A stretch of DNA of 64,000 nt from Nageia nagi (lineage: Eukaryota > Plantae > Pinophyta). Where the stretch lies: NCBI GenBank assembly GCA_050084985.1, contig JBITNC010000002.1, positions 8,742,001-8,806,000 of the forward strand, in the 5' to 3' direction. Of this stretch, positions 52,608 through 64,000 are shown piece by piece (positions within the stretch are counted from its first letter, which is position 1; every line of letters starts with the position of its first letter). The notes beneath the pieces were generated by a model that saw only the letters and a list, made by a program, of their open reading frames with translations, had not been told where the DNA came from and ran no database searches. The position numbers were made by a program, and so were the translations under genes.

Positions 52608-55600
52608 TGTTAATGCGTTGATGTCAACTCATTTTCACATAATAATGGTAATTTTACTTGATTCAAGTGAACATAATGTCTACCACCCATAATTACTTTG
52701 ATTACTAATATCAATAGTAGATCATAAAGATTATAAAGAAGCAAATGAAGGTTAATAAAGCATACAACCAAATCATACCAATCAGAGTGTAGTCAAATAC
52801 CTACTCAATCAGCTATAGTGCTACCTTCAATCAGCAATAATGTTATATTTAATTAGCTATAGGGATGAGGAAGGAGCAATCAATAACATGTTAGAAAGAT
52901 TGTAGCTCTATGGACATGGCTGACCAGAAGTTACAAATCCCTAGATAGTTCAAATAGTTAATGTTAATTAGTACTTGTTCATTGTATAATCTAGCATAGT
53001 TGTAACATTTATATAAATAGTGCTATTATAGTTACTTCATTCAATGCTAGTAGTAATATACATTAATGAGATTCAACCACCCAAAGAAGGAGGGAGTTGT
53101 ATAAATAGCTAGTTTTTAGAAATTAAGAAGGTTGAATATTTTAACAAATTTTCCCTAATCTATAAAAGCAATTCACATATGATAATGCAAATAGACAATG
53201 CTTTGCCCTCTTGCAACAAAGTGGCTATTATTGCTTTTGTGAATGTTATGTGTGGAATGTCTTCTTCAAATTATGGCTATGTATAATGATTATGAGACCC
53301 TAAGTGCAAGATAGTATGCTATTCTTAATCTTAGCTATGGATTGCTTCCTATGCTACAATGCTTGGGTTGTAAATTTCCTATTCAAGTTGTAAATTTCTT
53401 ATTACTTTTGACCTTAAACATAGATAGGAATTGACCTATAAATCGAAGATTGAGCAAAAAACCAACACGAGCACATCCCCACCATATTCTACTCTTTCAA
53501 AGAACCTACCATTGCAAGAAGTGGAGAACATGACCATACCAAACCCTTGAGGTTATGCTATATCGATCAATAGTAGCAACTTCTATTTTTAGCATGCTCG
53601 ATGGGACACAAGCTAAATATCATATTTAGCAAGAATTTTTTAGGCCTAATAGCCTCATTTGGTGGGTTATTAAATTGATATTTCAATATTATAAGGTTTT
53701 TGTAACCTTATTGGTGACTTTGCTGTCAACTAGTCAAATGTTTTGAACCCTAACACCTCTAGAATGTAGACTAACTAGAAGTAGTGCTAGAAATTCCCTT
53801 AGACAACCTAGATTTTAAGAGCTTTCACTTCCTCATAGGAGGATTAGATGAAATATATCTCAGGTTATATCTCCTTTGATCCATTTAAAGGCTACCCCTT
53901 TATCAATTGTATTTGACTCATTTCTAAAAAATCCTTCACCTTCTGCACATCCTCCAAGTATGGTTCAACTAGTAAACTTCCCTGCCTAGAATAATAGTCA
54001 TCCTTTAGTTATAGCTGCTAATTCACCACATATACCTCAAGTAACTTTTAAAGTTTTGCCTAAGTATGATGGCTCTGAAAAGATCCATATGAGGACTATC
54101 AAGATGTCTTGTTGTTAGCTTCAAGCTTTGACGTCAATGATGAAATTGTGATGATAAAGTTATTATCATACTCTTTTGAAGGTAAAGCAACCAAGTGGTT
54201 TAGAACTCTCACCTCCTAATCTATAATTCATGGGAAGAGTTGTGTTAGGCCTTGATTAAAATATTTTCTATAGATGGTAATGATAGCATGTTTTGTAGCT
54301 TCATAGCATGTATCAAAAGGCATCTACATAAATCTATTGATGATTTTAATATCAAGTTTAAAAGAACATAGAAATCCATACCAAAAAGGATAATACCAAA
54401 AAATGCTCAAGCTTTGGTATATTATAGAAAAGCTTTTCTTCCTAACCTCAATATGCTTATTGTTATGTTAGGAGATACATTCTCAGATGTTTACCAAATA
54501 GCAAAGACTGTAAAATATACCTTGGTGTTCTCTAGTAAAATGTAGCACAAAATAATCATGCTTATATTTATAAGTTTATTTTCTAAATAGTCTCCACAAA
54601 TAGGTCACCCTAGAGTTTTGGCCTTACCACCTCCTTCCAAACCTACTATTCAAAATTAGCTACTATCATTACCTACTCTTGCATCCACAAGCATTGGTAT
54701 TGAAACTAAATATTAAGAAAAGGAGAGAATAAGGTAGTCGAAGATAACTATAAGAAATATAACTAATAAGCTCACTCTGCAAGAAAGGTAGAATCATGTC
54801 TTTAACTATAGAATATATGATAATCAATATCAACCAAGATTCTAGCTTAAATTTAATTAGCCAAAATAATCTAATCCTTCTAAATCAATTGAGAATGTTG
54901 TTATAACTAGTACTTTAGATAGTGATATTTTGAGTATTACGGAGTGGTGTTCACCATGTTTAGCTTCTCATTTTCCAAATTCATGTGTGATATATCAACA
55001 TCAATATTTGGGGTTACATTCTAACTAGATGATAGAACCTACTTCATATCCTACTTCTAACCTCACAATGGTCAACTTTTGGGTTTCAAGATTTGTTGAA
55101 GAATAAGCAAATTGTGTTCAAACTGAAGCAACTTCTTCAGTAGCCCCATAGTAGCCTCAAACCACTAAACAATATTGATCTCCCACTCAAACCCAACCTA
55201 AACCCAAGAAAGCTAAGACTCCTTTACCTTAGCCTCAGAACCAACATCATTAAGTCCCATTTAATCTAGGTACTATTCTATCCAACCCGACTACTAGTGC
55301 CCCAAGTGAAATAAACCTTGCTATAGTAAAAAAAGAAGTCCCAAAGAAAGAAAGAACCAACACATTGATATATCCTTTTATCACTGATTATCATAAAGAA
55401 AAGGCTACTCAACATTTCAAAACACATCAGCAATCTACACCAAGTAAGTCCATCCCATATGCTCTTTATAATATTATAGAAGAATTAAAGAAAACTCCTT
55501 CTAGGATGACAATGTTTGATGCATTAAAGATGCTAGGTTAATTAGATCTTCCGCAAGAAACTTTAAAGTTAATAAATAGTAAAAAGAGGGAAAATAAAGA

Positions 55601-58600
55601 AAATCCTATCTATGTTGTATCTAAAGTTATCCCTCCAGCTCCAATAGGTATAACAAGACCCCCACCTTTCTATTTATCCCTGTGATTAGAAGGTTGGGTA
55701 GTAAATAATTATATGACTGATACTGGAGCTACCATAATTGTTATCACCAAAGCTATTACAAATCAAATGAAATTGTACATTATAAGATGCATTGATAGTG
55801 TCATATAGTTGGATTTTTTCTCAGTTGATGTTGTTGGTAGTGTTAAATGTGTTCAAATAACCTTGAATGGCTTTCCTGATATTCATGTTGTTCAAGATAT
55901 TATTGTAGTTGATCTTCCACCTCTATTAGAAATTTATCTTTTCAAAGAATTTACTGCTAAATTGGGAGGGTACCTGGCCTTAGACTATAGTCATCTTCTA
56001 CTTCTTTTCCAAAATAAACAAATGAAAATTTTGAATGAGAGCACTAAAATTATCCATCTCAAGAAGATCAATGAAGTAAACTACATAAATGATCCACAAC
56101 CAATGGAAATATTTGAAAGTGACACACTAAGGAATCACTACTAACAACTAAATTTCTATCAACCAATGATTTGAATTAGTTATCAATGATAAAAAATGTG
56201 AGGTATGGATAATGTATTTTGATGGTTCTTGATGTATACATAAATGTGGAGTTGGAATGGTCTTCAAATCTCCAAAGGGGACTACCAAAATATTCTCCTT
56301 CCAATTCACATGGACCTATATAAATAATGTTGTTGAGTATAAAGCCCTTTGCTTAAGGCTATCTAAAGCAATTATTATAGGTATTAAATGCTTGATTGTC
56401 TATGGTGATTCTAAGTTAGTCATCAAGTAAGTCAAAAATAAGATTAGTGCAAAGCACCATTATCTAAAAAACTACAAGAATAGAGTGTGGGATTTATTAG
56501 AGTTATTTTTGGCTATCAATTTTGTATCTATTCCTAGAAAGCATAACCAAGTAGCTATTGCACTTGCTAGAAGAAGAGCACATTATAACCCTACTCATCA
56601 TAAAAGAGGGTCTTTTGGAGTCAAAGTTCAATGTAGGCCTTCAATACTTGATGTTGCAAACTTCTAGTAGGTATTTGACTTTGATGAGCATATTATCAAT
56701 TTTTTTGTAGATGAAGTAGTGGCTCACATTTTTAGTACTCAAGAGATGCCTAATTGTTTCCAAGAATCAAACATCATTCAACTTAGAAATAATGTAGTAC
56801 CAAAAGAATTGCTCTTTTTTAAAAGACTATTTGATTCAAAAGATGTCTTGAGGGCTAAATCTTCAATCATCTTGAAGGAGAATTATGTTGAGTTGGAGGT
56901 AGAACTTGATAAATTCATAAAAGTTATTTCATAATGTTCTAGTGAAGAAAAGGCTACTATGTATTAGATTTATCATGAGTTTTTCTAGGTGATTGCTTAG
57001 ACTTATGATGATCTTAAGACATATGATAAAGATGTCATCCAACGCATGGTTGAGATTGAACCAAAAGCTAAACCATACAGGAAAAAATAGAGACCTGTAA
57101 ATCCAAAAATAGAAGAAGCTATAAAATAAGAGTTAATCAAGCTCCTAGATTCAAAAATTATTTATCCCATCAAGCATTCTTCTTGGGTTGCAAATTTAGT
57201 TCTAATGAGAAAGAAAGTGGAGAAATTAGACTCTATGTTGATTTCAAAAATTTGAATAAAGTTTCCCTAAAATATAATTATCCTCTCCCTCATATGGAGC
57301 AAATCCTGCATATAGTAGCTAGAGCTTGCTATTTTTCAATGATTGATGGTTACTCAAGATTTAACCAGATTTGGGTGAAGGATGAAGATCAGTTCAAGAT
57401 AGCATTTATGACTAAATAGGGCATATTTGCTTTTCAAAGAATGCCATTTGGTCTTTCTAATGTAGGAGCTACTTTTCAAAGAGCCATGGATTATGCATTT
57501 GAAGAGCTAATAAATAAGATTATATTGATCTATCTAGATGATATCATTATCTTCTCCAAAAGTAGAAGTGATCACCTGGAACATCTAAGATTAGTCTTTG
57601 TAAAATGCATGAAGTTTAACATTTCAATCAACTTAAAAAAGTCAATTTTTATGGTCAACCAAGGAAATTTACTTGGCCACATTATCTCAAAAAAGGGGTT
57701 GGCAATTGATCTAGATAGAGTAAAAGCTATAGAGGCATTGCCACTTCCCTCTAACAAGAAGGCGTTACAATCATTCTTTGGTCAAATCAATTTTATTAGG
57801 AAATTTATTAATAATTTTTTGGGAATTCTATCTTCAATCACTTCAATGCTAAAAAATATGTATTTTCCTACTCTTATGAAGCAAAAGTAGCCTTTAAAGA
57901 GATGAAAAAAGGCTATAATAGAAGCTCTTATGCTCAAAAATCCTAATATGTCAAAAGATTTCATCATGTATGCACATGGAGTGAATAGAAGCATTACCGT
58001 AATTCTTGCACAAAATGATGATAATAATAAGGAACACCTAATTGCCTTTCATGGTCAGACACTACATCAACACCAACAAAGGTACTTATTTATTGAAAAA
58101 TAAATATTTTCCATTATGAAAGAACTTAAAAAGTTCAAATATTATATCTTTCACAATAGAATCCTTGTATATACTATTCATCCAAATATAAGAAATTACA
58201 TTATACAAGGAGATGTAGGTGAAAGAAGAGTTGGTTGGATACTAAAATAATGGAATATGATGTAGAGATCAAGCCAACCAAGTTGATCAGACGTAGAGCT
58301 CTCTAAAAATATGGTTGAAACTTCATATATGATTGCTCTAGTGGAAGAATAGTAGCAACTTAATTAGGAAAATGATTGGATTAAGCAAATTATTATTTAT
58401 TTTCAAATGGATAAATGCCCTAAAGCTCTATATAGATTCCAAAAAAGGAGATTCAAATTGCATACCCTTAAATTTATCATGATAGATGATCGATTATATA
58501 GAAATGTTTTTGATCAAACCCTTCTCAGATGCACAATTGAAAATGAATCTTGAAGGATATTGGATGAATTTCATTATAGATTCTTTGGTGGGCATTATAG

Positions 58601-61600
58601 TGGACCTACTATAGTAGCAAAAGTATTACAAGCTGGATACTACTAGCCCACTATATTTTAAGATTGATTCAAGATTGTATGGGAATGTGATAAATGCAAT
58701 AGGTTTATGGAAAAAAGAAGACAAGCTACCATGCCTCTCAAACCTGTGATAGTTGAAGAGCCTTTTCAATAGTGGGGTATGGACTTTGTTGGTGTCATAA
58801 ACCCTAATTCCTTAGTAGGCCACAAATTTATTTTAACTGCAATAGACTACTTCACTAGATGCTCAAAGGTAATGCCATGCAAAAATGTAGACCAAGCGGT
58901 AATAGAAATGATTAAAAGAATTATCACCCACTTTGGAATCCTATAAACTAGAGTGTCAGATAATGGTCCAACATTAATCAAAGGTAATCTATCAATCTTT
59001 GTAGCTCACTATGAAATCTACTAGTTATTCTCTTCAAACTATTACCTACAAAGTAATAAGGTAGCTGAATCAACTAACAAAAATTTGACCTAGATCATCA
59101 AGAGAACAATTGAAGGGAATCATAGATAGTGGCATACATAATTGGACTATGCATTATAGGCTGATAGAATTAGTATAAAATTAGCAATAAAGACATCCCC
59201 ATATGCATTAGTGTATGGTAAAAGACCAATTTTGCCAGTACACATGGAGTTACCAACTTTAAAAATCTTGCAAGAAAGGGAAGACCATGACTTTGAGCCA
59301 TTACACTTTAGATATAATCTGCTCTTGAAATTGGAAGAAGATTGCAATAAAGCATATGAGTCATTCCAACATCGCTAGCATATCATCAAGAGGTGGTTTG
59401 ATAAGAAAAAATATTCTCAGGTGAAGTTTGAACTAAGTGATATTGTCCTCAAATAGGATGATGAAAGAGCAAGATCCAAAAGACACCAAAAATTTTACTC
59501 TTTTTAGAGTGGACCCTATGTCATTACCTAAGCCATGCAAAACAATGCATTCAAGTTACAAGATGTTATCGATCCGAAGAATTACCTATTCCTACCAATG
59601 GGATCTATTTAAAACATTACCAGGTGATGAAGTAAATTTGCATTCCCTGTAATACATTGTATAATATAAATATTATAAATATTTATTTCAAAAAAAAAAT
59701 TATTATTATTGCATAATTTTTGAAAAAGTAAATATTCTTTAATGATCAAATTTAATTCAGTATTATTAGGAGTTAATGTTATCATGCTACCTAGCTATCA
59801 ATTTTAATTCAACTTAATCAAGAATTAATATTGACACATTACCTAGCTATCACTAAATTAAATAGCATTTAAGGAAAGATTTCTTTAGATTTTATGAACC
59901 ACCATACAAGTACTACAAATTAAGTCTGGTGTGCTTTGAATTTATTAATCTAGCTTATGCTAACTTAATTTGTATAATGTGTGAGTCTCGAGATCCTTAA
60001 GAAATAATTACCATTAATGAAAATCTTACCAACCTTAGACAAATAAAACTCCTCCCATGCTCCATAGTTTTACACTTAGCAAATTTTGAGCACTCAAGTT
60101 TTTAGAGCATTTAGAGCTAAGAGATTTCAAAGTCGAGTTGTATTGAGAAATAGAAAACTTGGTGATCAGTTTTAATGATTACCAAAGGTTCAAAGAAAGG
60201 TGATAATATCATGGCAACCTCTCAATCATCTTTTACAATTGAAGTGCAACAAATTGACAGTAACCTTCTCTCTCTACAAGAAAAATATCTCAAGAATGCT
60301 TTAGGAGTGAACTAGATTGCAATGGGAGTTATCAGTCATATGGATACATGGAGAGTCAACCCTAGCCATATTCTTTTGAGGCTTAGTACACTTGAGGTGA
60401 GTGGAAAAGGAAAGTATCTTGCTCATTCAAGAGGGGTTGTTATTATTGATCAAGGCTTGGCATATTATGTGCCCTATGAGTCTTTCACCTGCCCAGAGCT
60501 CTTATACTCCCTAGCACACAAGCATCATCAAAAGGGGTACCAAATTGGTATGTTCAAAAGCACTAAAGAGGGAGATATAATTGAGCTAGTTTTTTAAGCA
60601 ATGTTAGATTACTCTTCTAATTCTATTGTCCAAGCATTTGCTATTCCAGTAGACTGAACATTTCATGTCAAAAAATAGATTAATTTGAAAAAAGAGAAAT
60701 TTGATTTTTACATTAATCAAAATGAGATGCTGAGCTAAATTAGTGGAAGATACCAAGATAGTAGAAAGGTAAAACTCTTGGTGAGCTACCAAATAGCTCT
60801 TTTTGAAGGGAAGAAAGATAGAGAAGTGTTGCAGGCACTTGCAGTCATTCTAGAAAAGAAGACCTAGATAGAAGTAGATGAAGCTATGGTGCACATGGCC
60901 TATAATATCTTAGAAGCCCATGTTTGCTATGATTTATTGGATTTTATAATTGAATAAATCAAAATATATTTATTCAAAATAGGAAAATTAGATTTTATAC
61001 ATTCTTCCTATCTTTGGTGGCTTTTTGTCCATCAAAATTTTGACAACCTTATAGAGGCAGTGCTACCAATTGAGCCAACTAGTTCCAGTGCTACGATAGT
61101 GCTAATTGACCTGACGATGCCAATTTTGACTACGTTGCATGGATCCTCCTATGAGTTTGTGGACAAGTTCTATGCAATCATAGTAAAAATTTTGACTAGA
61201 AAACTTCCTAGTAGGCTACACAAGAGCACAATGAGGGAGCTACAAGGTAAGAATAAAATCGATGACTGGTACTTATTAAGAGATTACATCATAATAATAA
61301 GGTATGGGTATTTTGAAAAACCCTTCTTTTTTCCCAAGTATGTTACCCTCCAATTTTATTCAATAGAAATGGGTAGGTAGATTTGTGCTATAGAAAATAA
61401 ATATGGTGGTGGGCCAAATTTTAAGTCTATTGTAAATATACCAGCATCTACCAAAAATTTCACTCTATTAGAGATAGGATGTACAGATAGTATTACCCAA
61501 TTCAATGTACAAAATTTCAAATTAGATAAGGTGGGAACTGCATGGATGTATGACCCATCATGAGAAATGATTCAGTTGATACAGATTAGCAAAAAATGTC

Positions 61601-64000
61601 TATCATTCATCCATGACAGTAGACCCCATATTGAATATTTTGTAAATAAGATGGAGTAAGAGGTAGAATTATACCCAGATTGGAAATTTGTATGCCTAAA
61701 GAAATCCTGGATGGCTCTAAAAAGAATAAGGAAATATAGAAACTAAGAGAATAAGAGGTAAGATTTTGTCCTCAACCTAGAGGTCTTCATCTAATTAACA
61801 AATCTTGGGAAGGGTCCAAATAAAATTCATTATTTTATTAAATTCATATTTAAGTACACTACAAAAATTCACCACATTGAAGGTGAATTATTTCAAAAAT
61901 TTAAATATGATAAATATTGGGAGGTAGAGTATTCTAAATATCCTTTGCCAAAGTTGGAATAGCCCCTTTCTCTTCATTTTTATGAGAAACCTACTGCAAA
62001 AGAGAGGATAGTGCAGATAGAGTGAACATCTGATGTGGTTCAAGCTCTAAAGAAGGGGGAACAAGATCCTTTAGACACCATAACTTCTTCCTAGAAACCT
62101 TCTTCCAAGAAGAAAAGAAAGATCCAAACTCTTGCTCAAAAAGAGCAAAAATTAAAAAAGGAGCAAAGGCCCATAAAAAAGCCTTGATCAACCATAGTAA
62201 GGTCATAGTCACAAGTGATTATACCTTCACCTTCAGAGGTAGTGGAAGAAGTTCCAAGAGTGATCATATAAGAAGCAAAAAAATTTGATCTTGAAGAGTT
62301 TAAAAAGCCATAAGATACTAAAGCTAGTGGTGCAGAACAAGCTCAAGAATAATAATGAGAAGAAACCTTGGTAGAAGAAGAAAGCCAAATGCAACAAAGC
62401 AGGGAAAGTGTACCTAAGGCCAAAAAGATAATAACAAGGGCACCTAGAGGAGAGCCAAGAGATGATGATGATAATGATGATGTTGATGATGAATTCAAAA
62501 AGAAAGACTCTAGCCCAATGGATAAGCCTAAGGAAGAAGGTGAGGTAATGGAAGAGGTTAAACTAGAACCAATAGTCCAGCAGCAAACTCCTCCCCAATA
62601 ACCCTAACCAATTTAGCAAGCTGAGACACCTATTGCAGGTGAAATAATTTCCACTCATTCTTTTATATCTATTGCCTCATAAGAGAAAATAAAGTCCATT
62701 TTTTCTACACAAATTATACAACCCATTGATTGGGCAACTTTTATAAATAAATCTCCTATGCTCCTTGAGCAACAGTCAAGAATTTTGAGTAAAGTGATAG
62801 AGATAGGAGATATACAAATTGCTCAGATGCTTTTCAAAGATGGACATATGGAGTTGAATCCCATGGTGGTAGTAAGTGTAAATATGTAGAGTGCACCAGC
62901 TATTTATTAGTTTAGATTTTTGGTGAACACTTCAATGGTAGTTAGAAAAAGTCTTCAGTCAATGGAGACTAAAATTGGAAATTGAATAAGAAGATTGATC
63001 AATATAAGAAAGATTGCTCCTAAGTTGCAAAATAGCAATAAAGATTTGATTATAAAGCTTGAGAAGCAAAAAATGGAATTTGATAAGAGCATGGAAACAT
63101 CAAAAGATAAGGTAGACACTAAAAACCAAGTAATAGAAGAGCTCAAAGCTCAAGCTACAATTGTGGATGCTTAGAAAATGAAATAGATTGAGGTTAAAGT
63201 GCAAACTATCAGTGCAACAAATAAAATTCTACCAAAATATAATGCAAAACTATTATTTCTAATGAAGAATTTTAAAAAAATCCTTGGTAGAGCGAGTTGG
63301 TGATAGAATGATAATATTATCTCACTTGCACTTACTCAAAGAATAAATAATATAGGCCATTAAAGAATTTCATGCTTAAAGTGCTTTTCATAAGCTAGCT
63401 CTAGACATACCCAGAAAAGTGTTAAAGAGGATGCAAGTCTAAATAAGGATTCTAACCAAAAAAGAGTTTATGACAATCTCCCTAAAGCTTAAGTAGTCTT
63501 ATCAAAAAAGAATTCAAGAAATCTATGATCTCTAGAGCTTAGCATTCAACATGGATATAAATAAACAACAGCTCATAATAGAGTTAGGATTTGTTAATAA
63601 ATTCTTTAATTCTTTAGTTGAAATAAAAGCTAACAAAATATGGAAAGAGCATAATGTATAGAGTAGTGCTACCAATTGGGTAGCTAATACCATATAATTT
63701 TTGGAACAATCTTTCTTTGAAACACAAATCTCAGATCTATAGCAAATAAATGAATTGGCTCAGAAAGCCATTGTAAAGTTTTTACATGTTGGAAAGCTAA
63801 GCAGTATCTTATAAGGGTTTAAAGTAGATACTGAGAAGATCAAGGTATCCTTCATCCTCTAACAAGCTTATCACAAAGAATTAAGTGAACTAAATAAAAG
63901 GATGCAAGCATTTCTCCCTCTAAACATGATGGTAGCAATTGAAACTACAACCAAGTCCACTACTGGGCAAGCTACTAGGAGCAACAGTTGATGAGTTATT
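52608..64000 (+). mobile_element. Degenerate Tat-lineage Gypsy gag-PR-aRH-RT-RH-INT plus long 3' extra ORF; runs off the window
   Basis: Probable 5' LTR from TGTTAATG at 52608 to ~53586. PBS TAGCATGCTCGATGGGAC 53590-53607 (decayed TGGCACGCCCAGTGGGAC, tRNA-Arg type). Gag ~53950-54600; PR TDTGAT near 55720; aRH WIMYFDGS ~56205-56600; RT MPFGLSN..YLDD (ORF 57441-57890); RH ~57950-58300; INT GGHYSG..GMDFVG..DYF ~58370-59620. Confidence 0.95.
60211..64000 (+). pseudogene. Degenerate retrotransposon 3' extra ORF of unknown function
   Basis: Starts ATGGCAACC at 60211. Successive plus-strand fragments (60322-60597, 61060-61380, 62368-62601) are broken by isolated stops. An acidic low-complexity segment is followed by K/E/L-rich coiled-coil-like sequence near 62950-63250. 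Confidence 0.7.

Overview
AT-rich, CpG-depleted nuclear DNA from a large-genome land plant. A gymnosperm is the most likely source, inferred from the PR-aRH-RT Tat elements and the style of the PPR remnant. Most of the window is old, nested, frameshifted LTR retrotransposon: a Copia 3' end (1-3.3 kb), a minus-strand Athila/Tat-like Gypsy (3.4-11.9 kb), two plus-strand Tat elements with aRH before RT (23.4-28.9 kb and 52.6-64 kb), and a minus-strand Ogre/Retand-type element with an antisense plant mobile domain (37.8-52.6 kb). Four insertions are bounded by target-site duplications (TSDs): a solo LTR, a Gag-PR-only element inside a PLS-PPR pseudogene, a long-LTR non-coding element, and a 967-bp TIR element. 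The only clearly functional host sequence is a CpG-retaining island (~13.3-21.4 kb) containing an exact MIR396 hairpin. Just upstream is an unannotated miR482/2118-like hairpin, and downstream are candidate spliced exons that can be joined into a 145-codon ORF running through the miR396 stem. No intact protein-coding gene is supported. All folding, translation and alignment was done by eye, so boundaries marked approximate are approximate.
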